A stretch of 54,346 nt of DNA. Origin: an uncultured Clostridia bacterium. GTDB lineage: Bacteria; Bacillota; Clostridia; TANB77; CAG-508. This document shows, in pieces, positions 20,593 to 28,446 of the stretch. The stretch is taken from NCBI GenBank assembly GCA_944388665.1, contig CALXJQ010000001.1, forward strand, positions 1 through 54,346. The letters are read 5' to 3'. How positions within the stretch are numbered: the first letter of the stretch is position 1; each line of letters starts with the position of its first letter. Under the pieces are notes generated by a model. The model did no database searches and was not told the origin of the DNA. It saw nothing but the letters and a program-made list of their open reading frames with translations. Position numbers and translations under genes: made by a program.

Positions 20593-20654
20593 TTGCCAGG
20601 AGGGACGTAGCAAAATGGCAAAAAATTGCCAAAAAGGTACGTCCCTAGTGGCAA
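20593..20654. repeat. Nested palindrome of a second repeat family: TTGCCA..AGGGACGTA..TGGCAAaaaaTTGCCA..TACGTCCCT..TGGCAA
   Basis: Arms AGGGACGTA (20601-20609) and TACGTCCCT (20638-20646) are perfect inverted repeats around an inner TGGCAA/TTGCCA hairpin. A related half-copy lies at 54245-54273. Confidence 0.7.
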
Positions 20655-20701
20655 AAATGGTGCTTTCGGTGGCGACTTTAGTCTATTTAAGCGAGGAATT
20701 T

Positions 20702-21370
20702 ATGGAAAGAAAAAAGGTACAAAAAAGAACGATAATTAATTTTATAATAAAAATCTTTTGGATATTCATAATAGGCAGTGTTTTTGGCTTCTTTGCAGAA
20801 ATGTTATACACTTTGGTGTATAGTAGAACTTTGCAAATAAGGCAAGGTTTAATATATGGGCCTTTTATACAAGTATATGGAGTGGGAGCAATTGCATATT
20901 ACATTTTAGTCTCAAAAGTAAAAACTCCTAAGGAAGTTTTTATTTATGGAACAGTTATGGGGGGCGTTTTGGAGTACCTCTTTTCATTTTTCCAAGAAAT
21001 ATTCTTTGGAACGATTTCATGGGACTATAGCAAATTTTTCCTTAACTTAAATGGGAGAATTTGCCTATTATATTGTGTATATTGGGGAATAATAGCTATA
21101 ATTTTTTTGAAAATAGTTTATCCATGGCTTCAAAGGTTAGAGCCATTAATATATAAAAAGAGCATAAGAATATTTACATATTTTTTTATGATATTTATGA
21201 TTTTTGATATCACAATTTCTTGTATGGCAGCAAGCAGGCAAGAAAACAGACATAAAAATATACCGCCACAAAATTCGGTAGACGAATTCTTAGATAAAAC
21301 ATATCCAGATGAAGTGCTTGACAAAATATATAATAATAAACGTGAAGTGAACTTTGGGGACGTTCCTTAA
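20702..21370 (+). CDS. Multi-pass membrane protein, putative ABC-transporter type IV (CmpB-like) family
   Basis: IFIIGSVFGFFAEMLYTLV..GLIYGPFIQVYGVGA is typical of this family. The start is placed at ATG 20702 because the upstream part of the ORF track model is made of palindromic repeats. Confidence 0.65.
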   Translation: MERKKVQKRTIINFIIKIFWIFIIGSVFGFFAEMLYTLVYSRTLQIRQGLIYGPFIQVYGVGAIAYYILVSKVKTPKEVFIYGTVMGGVLEYLFSFFQEIFFGTISWDYSKFFLNLNGRICLLYCVYWGIIAIIFLKIVYPWLQRLEPLIYKKSIRIFTYFFMIFMIFDITISCMAASRQENRHKNIPPQNSVDEFLDKTYPDEVLDKIYNNKREVNFGDVP

Positions 21371-21376
21371 AGTTCA
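21348..21376 (+). repeat. 29-bp palindromic repeat TGAACTTTGGGGACGTTCCTTAAAGTTCA
   Basis: It encodes the last residues (VNFGDVP) and the TAA stop of the upstream membrane protein gene. Confidence 0.85.
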
Positions 21377-21448
21377 CTTTTAAAGTTCTAACATTACTTA
21401 TTGAAGAATACAATTAAACAAAAGTATTCTCATAAAGGAGTTAGAGCA

Positions 21449-21712
21449 ATGATAAATGTATCAATAGAAGAACGAGCTATAGCGCTCGCACATTATATAA
21501 TAGATTCAAAAGATACAGTAAGGGGAGCAGCAAAAAAATTTGGCGTTAGTAAAAGTACGGTACATAAAGATGTTTCTGAAAGGCTAGAAAAAATAAATCC
21601 GGCATTAGCAAGACAAGTTAGAGTAATACTAGATGAGAACAAAGCGGAGAGACACATAAGAGGAGGAATGGCAACAAAAATGAAATATAGTAAAAAACAT
21701 CTTGAACTTTAG
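21449..21712 (+). CDS. spoIIID: Sporulation transcriptional regulator SpoIIID
   Basis: AAKKFGVSKSTVHKDVSERLEKINPALARQVRVILDENKAERHIRGGMATKMKY closely follows the SpoIIID consensus. AAGGAG RBS. Confidence 0.9.
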   Translation: MINVSIEERAIALAHYIIDSKDTVRGAAKKFGVSKSTVHKDVSERLEKINPALARQVRVILDENKAERHIRGGMATKMKYSKKHLEL

Positions 21713-21731
21713 GGACGTTCCTTAAAGTTCA
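21703..21731 (+). repeat. 29-bp palindromic repeat, forward copy. It is the left arm of an inverted pair.
   Basis: TGAACTTTAGGGACGTTCCTTAAAGTTCA. It supplies the final EL codons and the TAG stop of spoIIID. Confidence 0.85.
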
Positions 21732-21777
21732 TTTTTGCTTTTCCTTTATTTTAGGCATTTATAGCATTTTTTTAAAT

Positions 21778-21806
21778 TGAACTTTAAAGAACGTCCCCAA
21801 AGTTCA
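21778..21806 (-). repeat. 29-bp palindromic repeat, reverse copy. It is the right arm of the inverted pair.
   Basis: TGAACTTTAAAGAACGTCCCCAAAGTTCA, 46 bp from the forward copy. Confidence 0.85.
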
Positions 21807-21913
21807 AGATGACACCTTTTTACAAGATTCTACATAAAATACATTAGGGCAGCTTAAGTACTAATATTAATTACTAATTAACTACATTAGAGGTAAAAAG
21901 GAAGGATGGAGTT

Positions 21914-22747
21914 ATGAATAGAATAAGAAAAGGAGATGTTGTTGCTAGAAGGTCACATAATAAGGATATTATTTTTATTGTTAAGGGAATTGTAAAAACA
22001 AAAAATGGTGATATTGCAATTTTAAAAGGGCTGATTGATCGAATTGAGGCTGATAGTGATGTTGAGGATTTGGAGAAGATAAAACGTCAAACAGTGAAGA
22101 AAAATTTGAGGCTTTTGAATGAAAAGATGGAAGAGAAGATTAAAGATGCCAGGGAACGTTATCATTCTGAGAGTTTACAAGAGGCTAAGAGAGGCAATGA
22201 TAAGGTGGTGACTGGAAGAATTTTGCACTTAGATGGAGACAAGAGGTATAGTCAGAAGTCGCATCAGTATTATAAAAAATTAGGTTTGAATGCTATGGTA
22301 ATTAATATTCCAGAGTATAAACAACCTAAAGTGGTTTATAATTTGCTAAAAACATATAATCCAGATATTTTGGTTATTACAGGACATGACGGAATGATTA
22401 AAAAGGAGATGGGTTTTTATGATGTGTATAATTATAGAAATTCAAAATATTTTATAGATACTGTGAAAGAAGCAAGGAGGTATGATGAGGAAAATCATAA
22501 GAATTTGATGATTTTTGCAGGGGCTTGCCAGAGTTATTTTGAGGGCCTTATTTCGGCAGGAGCAAATTTTGCGTCTTCACCAGCGAGAATTTTGATTGAT
22601 TTTTTGGACCCATTAGTTGTGGCAGAAAAGGTTGCATTTACAGAAAAATATAAATATATAACTATAGATGACATTTATTTTGAGCTACGTGATGGTAAGA
22701 AAGGCGTAGGTGGAATAGGTGCTAATGGAACGATGAGGGTACTATGA
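21914..22747 (+). CDS. yabG: Sporulation-specific protease YabG (peptidase U57)
   Basis: N-terminal RKGDVVARRSHNKDIIF, ILHLDGD and PDILVITGHDG are YabG hallmarks. It lies upstream of veg, as in Bacillus. Confidence 0.85.
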   Translation: MNRIRKGDVVARRSHNKDIIFIVKGIVKTKNGDIAILKGLIDRIEADSDVEDLEKIKRQTVKKNLRLLNEKMEEKIKDARERYHSESLQEAKRGNDKVVTGRILHLDGDKRYSQKSHQYYKKLGLNAMVINIPEYKQPKVVYNLLKTYNPDILVITGHDGMIKKEMGFYDVYNYRNSKYFIDTVKEARRYDEENHKNLMIFAGACQSYFEGLISAGANFASSPARILIDFLDPLVVAEKVAFTEKYKYITIDDIYFELRDGKKGVGGIGANGTMRVL

Positions 22748-22853
22748 GGAGGCTTTGTAACACAAATGTAATATAAATGTAAAATACACAGCAAAAAACC
22801 ATGAAACGGCTGATATGACTGAGATACAGCGATTCGAGCCGGTTCTCCATTTT

Positions 22854-22882
22854 TTGACATTTTGCGTTTCAAATGATATAAT
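22854..22882 (+). promoter_or_regulatory. Consensus sigma-A promoter of veg (TTGACA-17 bp-TATAAT)
   Basis: TTGACA at 22854-22859 and TATAAT at 22877-22882, separated by exactly 17 bp and about 30 nt upstream of the veg RBS. Confidence 0.8.
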
Positions 22883-22910
22883 TTAGACATCTTAAGAGGA
22901 AGGTGATTGT

Positions 22911-23207
22911 ATGATTTGTAGATCTGATATAGCAAATCTGAAAACTGATATCTTGGAGAAAGTGGGACAAAAAATAATAGTAAAAGGCTCTTTGGGAAGA
23001 AGCAAATCTTTTGAAAAGGAAGCTACAATTGAAAAGGCATATCCTAATATTTTTGTAGTAAGGTATGAAGATAATAATAGAAATGCTACTTATAGTTATA
23101 CTGACGTTTTAACTAGAACAGTGGAAGTTGATGTTTTTGATGGAAACACATATAGTCCACTTGTACCAGCGCAAGTAGTAACTAAGAAAAGAAAGACAAC
23201 ACTTTAA
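22911..23207 (+). CDS. veg: Veg family protein (DUF1021)
   Basis: KGSLGRSKSFEKEATIEKAYPNIFVVRY....YSYTDVLTRTVEV matches Veg. Confidence 0.85.
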   Translation: MICRSDIANLKTDILEKVGQKIIVKGSLGRSKSFEKEATIEKAYPNIFVVRYEDNNRNATYSYTDVLTRTVEVDVFDGNTYSPLVPAQVVTKKRKTTL

Positions 23208-23230
23208 TATATTTTTGATAAGTGTTTAGT

Positions 23231-23273
23231 GCTATATAATTAATTTTATAATTGATTATATAGCATTTTTTTT
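23231..23273 (+). terminator. Rho-independent terminator of veg
   Basis: 15-bp stem gctatataattaatt/aattgattatatagc (one mismatch) followed by T8. Confidence 0.85.
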
Positions 23274-23335
23274 GCATAAAAAAGCCATTTGTATAATATA
23301 TTCTATTATAAGAAATAAAAAAGGAGGGAAATTAA

Positions 23336-24904
23336 ATGGTTATAGATACACTTAAGGAAAAACTATGCATAAATAAATTAATCGCTACTAAACGAGAGTT
23401 GCTACAAGTAGAGGGAGATATGATAGTACCTGATTCTAAACCAGATATTTTAAACACAATTTGTACAAGTGGAACAGTATGTTTATACAAAAAGGAAATA
23501 TTAGATGATAAAGTTCGATTAGATGGAACTATAAACACATACATAATGTATTTGGCTGATGACGAAAAAGATAAAGTAAGAGGACTCAATACATCAATTG
23601 ATTTCTCAGAAACAATAAATGTGTCTGGCTGTAAAGAAGGAATGTCAGAAATGACAGAAACAAAACTAAAGTCTATAGAATGTAAAATAGTAAATGGTAG
23701 AAAAATAGCTTTAAAGGCTAATCTTGAGGTAGAAATAAAAATATACTCAAATGATGAAGTGGAAATAATAGAAGATATCCCAAATATTGATGATATCAAA
23801 ATTCTAAAAGAAGACTTTAATGTAAATTCATTAGTAGGAATGGGCGAAACTAGAGTGTATGCAAAAGATACGCTTTCAATAAAACCTGAAGATAATGCTG
23901 CAGAGATTTTGAAAAGTAATGTTTGCATAAGTGATAAAGACATAAAAGTTAGCTATAATAAAATATTGGCGAAGGCAGAAGCTCAAATTAAAATAATGTA
24001 TTTAACAGAAGACAGCAGAATTGGAATGATAAATACAAAAATTCCAATTGTGGGATTTATAGATATGCCAAATGTAACAGATGAAAATATAACTGATGTA
24101 AATTATGAAATTCAAAACATCGTAATGAAGTTGAATTCGGCAGAAGAACATTCTGTTTATGTAGAAATAGAAGTTGGAATAAAAGCATCTGTTTATGAAG
24201 AAAAACAAATAAATTTAATTCAAGATTTATATAGCCCAAGCAGAATTTTGGAATTCGACAAAAGAAAAATAACAACAATGACTAATAAAAGAAATAGTAA
24301 GGAAATGAAGCAAATAAGAGAAAAAATTATACTAGAACAGAACGAAAATGATAGATTACTAGATGTAGATGCAATTCCAATAATTGAAAAGGAAAGTAAA
24401 CAAAATGGTAGAATTTCTTATGAAGGGAATGTAGAGATGACATTTATAATGGAAAATGCGAGTGCAGGTGTGAATACCAGAATAGAAAAGATACCATTTG
24501 AATATACTCTTGAAAATATAAATAATGCAGAAAGAACAAATGCAGATTTAGATATAGAAATAGCGAACCAGGACTTCATAATACAAGATGGCGGGGTGGT
24601 AACAAGCAATATAGATTTACTAATGAATGCAAGTCTTTATGAAAGTGCTAACTTGAATATAATTAATGAAATACAAGACACAGGGGAAAGGGAAAACGAA
24701 GATTATAGCATAATAATGTATATTGTAAAAAAAGGGGATACATTGTGGAAAATAGCAAAAAAATTTGGTACTACAGTTGAAGATATAGTAAGATTAAATG
24801 GCATAGAGGATGCAAACAAAATTATGCCTGCCCAAAAATTGTTTATACCCAAATATGTAAAAATAGGAACGAGCAATAGAGCTCCAGTCATGGCAAATGG
24901 ATAA
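23336..24904 (+). CDS. DUF3794-repeat protein with a C-terminal LysM domain (SipL-like spore morphogenetic protein)
   Basis: C-terminal LysM YIVKKGDTLWKIAKKFGTTVEDIVRLNGI. The size and architecture match clostridial SipL-type proteins, and the neighbourhood is sporulation genes. Confidence 0.7.
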   Translation: MVIDTLKEKLCINKLIATKRELLQVEGDMIVPDSKPDILNTICTSGTVCLYKKEILDDKVRLDGTINTYIMYLADDEKDKVRGLNTSIDFSETINVSGCKEGMSEMTETKLKSIECKIVNGRKIALKANLEVEIKIYSNDEVEIIEDIPNIDDIKILKEDFNVNSLVGMGETRVYAKDTLSIKPEDNAAEILKSNVCISDKDIKVSYNKILAKAEAQIKIMYLTEDSRIGMINTKIPIVGFIDMPNVTDENITDVNYEIQNIVMKLNSAEEHSVYVEIEVGIKASVYEEKQINLIQDLYSPSRILEFDKRKITTMTNKRNSKEMKQIREKIILEQNENDRLLDVDAIPIIEKESKQNGRISYEGNVEMTFIMENASAGVNTRIEKIPFEYTLENINNAERTNADLDIEIANQDFIIQDGGVVTSNIDLLMNASLYESANLNIINEIQDTGERENEDYSIIMYIVKKGDTLWKIAKKFGTTVEDIVRLNGIEDANKIMPAQKLFIPKYVKIGTSNRAPVMANG

Positions 24905-25619
24905 GATATATTCAAGGCCACGAATAAAATTGCCCAATTTTTCTAAAATTAGATTAAAAAATAATCCAAATTCCAAAAACGTAAAAAAATCGTTAAAACT
25001 TATAGTCATTTTATTAATAGCTATTGCTACTGCAAAATATATAATAGATACTGTTACACCTATCTTTGAAACACTTTGTATAAATAAATCAAAGTCAATG
25101 GCGACAATCATTTCGAATACAGAAACGATGAATGTAATGAAGTCACATTCTTATGATGAACTATTTACAATAGAAAAAGATGCTGATGGAAACGTAACAA
25201 TGATAAAATCAAATATGGTTTCAATAAATGAAATAACCTCGGAAATAGCTACAAATATTCAAAAAGAACTTGATAACAAGGGAAGAGAAAATATACAGAT
25301 AGCGCTTGGAAGCTTTACTGGAATAAAAATTTTATCAGGAAGGGGTCCAGGTGTTCCAATAAGAATATCATCAGTAGGAAATATAGATACAGAGCTTAAA
25401 AGTGAATTTGAAGCTCAAGGAATAAATCAAACACTCCATAGAGTATATTTACAACTAACATGTAGGGTAAATATCTTAACACCTTTTGAAGACATAGAAA
25501 ATGAAATTACAAATCAGGTGTTGTTGGCAGAAAATATAATAGTTGGAAAAATACCAGAAACATACTATAATTTAGAAGGCTTAACTCCTGAAAACGATGC
25601 AATGGAAGTTATAAACTAA
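24897..25619 (+). CDS. yunB: Sporulation protein YunB
   Basis: N-terminal TM helix, then GRGPGVPIRISSVGNIDTELKSEFEAQGINQTLHRVYL, which is typical of YunB. The start overlaps the upstream stop. Confidence 0.8.
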   Translation: MDKIYSRPRIKLPNFSKIRLKNNPNSKNVKKSLKLIVILLIAIATAKYIIDTVTPIFETLCINKSKSMATIISNTETMNVMKSHSYDELFTIEKDADGNVTMIKSNMVSINEITSEIATNIQKELDNKGRENIQIALGSFTGIKILSGRGPGVPIRISSVGNIDTELKSEFEAQGINQTLHRVYLQLTCRVNILTPFEDIENEITNQVLLAENIIVGKIPETYYNLEGLTPENDAMEVIN

Positions 25620-25693
25620 AAACATCAAATACTACTTGAAAAAATCGTAAAAACCTTGTAAAATAATGTAGGGAAGAAAGGAATGCGATAAAT

Positions 25694-26644
25694 ATGGAAA
25701 TTAGTAATAACAATAATGATTCTATGGTAAAAATTAAGGTGTTTGGTGTAGGCGGAGGCGGCACAAATGCGGTTTCACGAATGATAATAGATAAAGTAGA
25801 AAATATACAGCCATATCTAATAAATACAGAAATGAGCATTTTAAAAAGAGTTCCAACTAAAAGAGCTTTACAGATAGGAAAAGAAACAACAAAAGGTTTA
25901 GGAGCAGGTGCTGATGAAAACATAGGAGAAAAGGCAGCTTTAGAAAACAAAGAAGATATTAAGGCACTATTGCAAGACACTGACATGCTATTTGTTACTG
26001 CAGGAATGGGAGGCGGAACAGGCACAGGAGCAGCACCTGTTGTAGCTAGGATTGCCAAAGAAATGGGTATTTTAACTGTAGGAATTGTTACAAAGCCATT
26101 CGGCTTTGAAGGCAAAAAAAGAACTGCAAGAGCAGAACTGGGGATAAAGAACCTAAAAGAAAATGTAAATGCCCTAATAGTAATTTTAAATGATAAACTA
26201 CTAAAAGTTGTTGGAGATAGAGTAACAGTAAATCAAGCATTTGCGTTGGTTGATGATGTTCTAAAGCAAGGAGTAAAAAGCATTACAGATTTAGTAACTA
26301 CAGTTGGAGAGATAAATATAGACTTTGCAGATATAAAAACTATTTTTAATTATAAAGGAAGAGCCTATATGGGAATAGGTGAGGCAAATGCAGGAGAGAC
26401 TATTGAAGATGCTGTAAGGCAAGCGATAGAAAACCCATTAACAGAAACACAAATAGATAAAGCCAAAGGCGTTATATTTAATGTTACTGGCGGAGAAAAC
26501 TTGAGTTTGGCAGAAATTAGTAGTGCAGTTCAACTTATAAATGACAAAATAGATGGAGACGCAAACATCATGTTTGGAACTGTAATAGACAAAAATTTAG
26601 GAAGTAAAGTAAGAGTAACAGTAATTGCAACAGGAATTGAATAA
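25694..26644 (+). CDS. ftsZ: FtsZ homologue (tubulin/FtsZ GTPase) lacking the C-terminal linker and tail peptide
   Basis: GVGGGGTNAV, GLGAGA, the tubulin signature GGGTGTGAAPV and T7-loop NIDFAD. The protein stops two residues after VIATG (316 aa). Confidence 0.85.
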   Translation: MEISNNNNDSMVKIKVFGVGGGGTNAVSRMIIDKVENIQPYLINTEMSILKRVPTKRALQIGKETTKGLGAGADENIGEKAALENKEDIKALLQDTDMLFVTAGMGGGTGTGAAPVVARIAKEMGILTVGIVTKPFGFEGKKRTARAELGIKNLKENVNALIVILNDKLLKVVGDRVTVNQAFALVDDVLKQGVKSITDLVTTVGEINIDFADIKTIFNYKGRAYMGIGEANAGETIEDAVRQAIENPLTETQIDKAKGVIFNVTGGENLSLAEISSAVQLINDKIDGDANIMFGTVIDKNLGSKVRVTVIATGIE

Positions 26645-26650
26645 AAAATA

Positions 26651-26890
26651 AGGAAGTTCTAAAATTTTACAATTTGTAGTTTACTGATTTCAATCTCTTG
26701 TAAAATATTATGATATATAATTTCTTGTACCTTGTTGTCGCAACCTCAAAAACTAAGGCGATAAGGAGAGGTTGCTCCAATCGCACTCGCTTTCGCTCGT
26801 TTGGTCGCTACGCGGTACATCAAAATTATATATCATAATATTTTACTATTTATTTATATAAACTACAAACCGTAAAATTTTAGGACTTCT
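26651..26890 (+). repeat. 240-bp structured element, copy 1: long copy-specific inverted arms around a conserved asymmetric core
   Basis: Outer arms 26651-26683 / 26858-26890 and inner arms gtaaaatattatgatatataattt / aaattatatatcataatattttac pair with each other. The core TTGTACCTTGTTGTCGCAACCT (26725-26746) ... AGGTTGCTCCAATCGCACTCGCTTTCGCTCGTTT (26769-26802) recurs at 48099-48177. Confidence 0.75.
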
Positions 26891-26892
26891 TC

Positions 26893-26961
26893 TTGAAAAA
26901 GTACCAATAAAATCATTGAAAAAATACCAATAAAAGTCTTGAAAAAGTACCAATAAAATGA
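26893..26961 (+). repeat. Three tandem 23-bp repeats TTGAAAAAGTACCAATAAAAK
   Basis: Units start at 26893, 26916 and 26939. The last unit provides the -35 box of the promoter below. Confidence 0.8.
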
Positions 26962-26967
26962 TATAAT
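26939..26967 (+). promoter_or_regulatory. Sigma-A type promoter (TTGAAA-17 bp-TGaTATAAT, extended -10) for the AAA ATPase gene
   Basis: TTGAAA at 26939-26944 and TATAAT at 26962-26967, preceded by TG. Confidence 0.6.
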
Positions 26968-26996
26968 TTTAATAAATGAAAATTAGGAGGGATAAT

Positions 26997-28266
26997 ATGC
27001 CACTTACAAAGGATGATTATAAACCTAGAATAATAGACGAAAAAATCACTAAAAATTTAAGAATATTTGGTGCAATAAGCATAGAAGGACCAAAATGGTG
27101 TGGCAAAACATGGACAGCGCTAAACCATGCTAATTCAGTAATTTATCTTAATAATGTTAGCAATAACTTTAATGAAAAAAAATTAGCACAAATGAATGTC
27201 GACTTAATATTAAACAAAGAATATCCAGAACTTATTGACGAATGGCAAGAAGTACCAGCTATTTGGGACGGAATTCGTTTTAAATGTGATGAAGATAACA
27301 TAAGAGGAAAATACATACTAACAGGCTCAGCAACGCCAGTAACAAAAGATATACATCATTCGGGTGCAGGTAGAATTTGTAGAATGAAAATGTATACGAT
27401 GTCTTTATATGAATCTGGAGATTCTAGCCGGAGAAGTATCTTTACAAGATTTATTCAAAAATAATGTAGAAGACAAATTAACAGGAAAAGTTGACTTAAA
27501 AAAGTTAATACAATTAATTATAAGAGGCGGTTGGCCACAAAGCGTTGGCATGAGCGAAGAAGATAGTTTAGAATTAACACAAAGCTATATAAATGATGTC
27601 TTAAACTTTGATATTTCTAACATAGATGGAGTTACAAGGGATATTAATAAAATGCGAATGATATTGCGTTCATTAGCTAGAAATGAAACCACTATTGTAA
27701 ATAATAATACCATAATACATGACGTAAATGAAAGCCAGGATTTAGCTAGCAAAAATACAGTATTAGAATATATAGATGTATTAGAAAAATTATATTTAAT
27801 AGAAAATCAAATAGCTTTTAGTGTGAACTTGCGTTCAAGCAGCAGAGTTGGTAAGTCTGCAAAGAGACATTTTGTAGATCCATCATTAGTATGTGGCGTT
27901 TTAGGCTTAACATCTGAAAGTCTTTTAAATGATATAAACTTTTTAGGATTTCTATTTGAGGCACTTTGCGAGAGAGACTTACGTATATATATTGAAAGCT
28001 ATAATGGTCATTTATATCACTTTAGAGATAATACAACTGGATTAGAAATAGACTCAATAGTAGAAATGCCTAATGGAGATTATGGAGCGATAGAAATAAA
28101 ACTAGGTACAGATAAAATAGAAGAAGCGGCAACAAATCTGTTAAAATTTAACGAAATAGTAGAAAAGAAACCAAAATTTTTATGCATAATCAGTGGTTTA
28201 AATGAAGCAGTAATTAGAAGGCCAGATGGAATATATGTAATTCCAATAACAGCATTAAAAAACTAA
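26997..28266 (+). CDS. AAA+ ATPase of the AAA_14/DUF4143 type (COG1373). The frame is interrupted at the CGG codon 27429-27431 and needs a +1 shift.
   Basis: Walker A GPKWCGKT in the first ORF. The second ORF (frame +1) carries the DUF4143-like remainder. Joining at AGC(C)GGA gives ..LYESGDSSGEVSLQDLF... AGGAGGG RBS before ATG 26997. Confidence 0.75.
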
Positions 28267-28287
28267 CAAAGCATAAAAAAGGTTTTA

Positions 28288-28326
28288 AATACACACTCTA
28301 TTCAGCAACGGAGTGTGTATTTTTAT
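28288..28326 (+). terminator. Rho-independent terminator after the ATPase gene
   Basis: aatacacactc/gagtgtgtatt stem followed by a T-run. Confidence 0.75.
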
Positions 28327-28446
28327 AATCAATCGGCAAGTATCTGTTGATATTTTTTTATATTGTTAAAATTTTTAAAAATTTGCACCCTTATAATATT
28401 AAACTTTTATCTATTAAGTGAAAGAAAAATAGAAAGGAGGATAATT

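Noticed and set aside
20579-20701. N-terminal extension of the membrane protein ORF (MCQKICQEGRSKMAKNCQKG...).
   Set aside because: The stretch is built from nested palindromic repeats. The repeated CQxG peptide is just the palindrome translated. A normal ATG at 20702 starts the conserved part.
4438-21806. The 29-bp repeats as a CRISPR array.
   Set aside because: The copies are kilobases apart and in both orientations. They sit at gene ends and are themselves palindromic. There is no regular repeat-spacer structure and no cas genes.
22675-22935. An 86-aa minus-strand ORF between yabG and veg.
   Set aside because: It overlaps the yabG 3' end, the consensus veg promoter and the veg start. It has no RBS and no recognisable motifs.
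23332-23943. Long minus-strand ORFs lying antisense inside well-supported genes (for example 23332..23943, 25609..26115, 47240..47986, 46838..47209 and 5428..5766).
   Set aside because: They have no RBS, their composition is low-complexity (S/F/I/L-rich), and each fully overlaps a gene with clear family motifs on the other strand. They are typical shadow ORFs of AT-rich coding sequence.
26765-26870. A small peptide encoded in the conserved core of the structured element (TTG after AAGGAGAGG).
   Set aside because: The RBS-to-start spacing is essentially zero. A 1-nt indel between the two copies (CTTTCG versus CTTCG) destroys any common reading frame.
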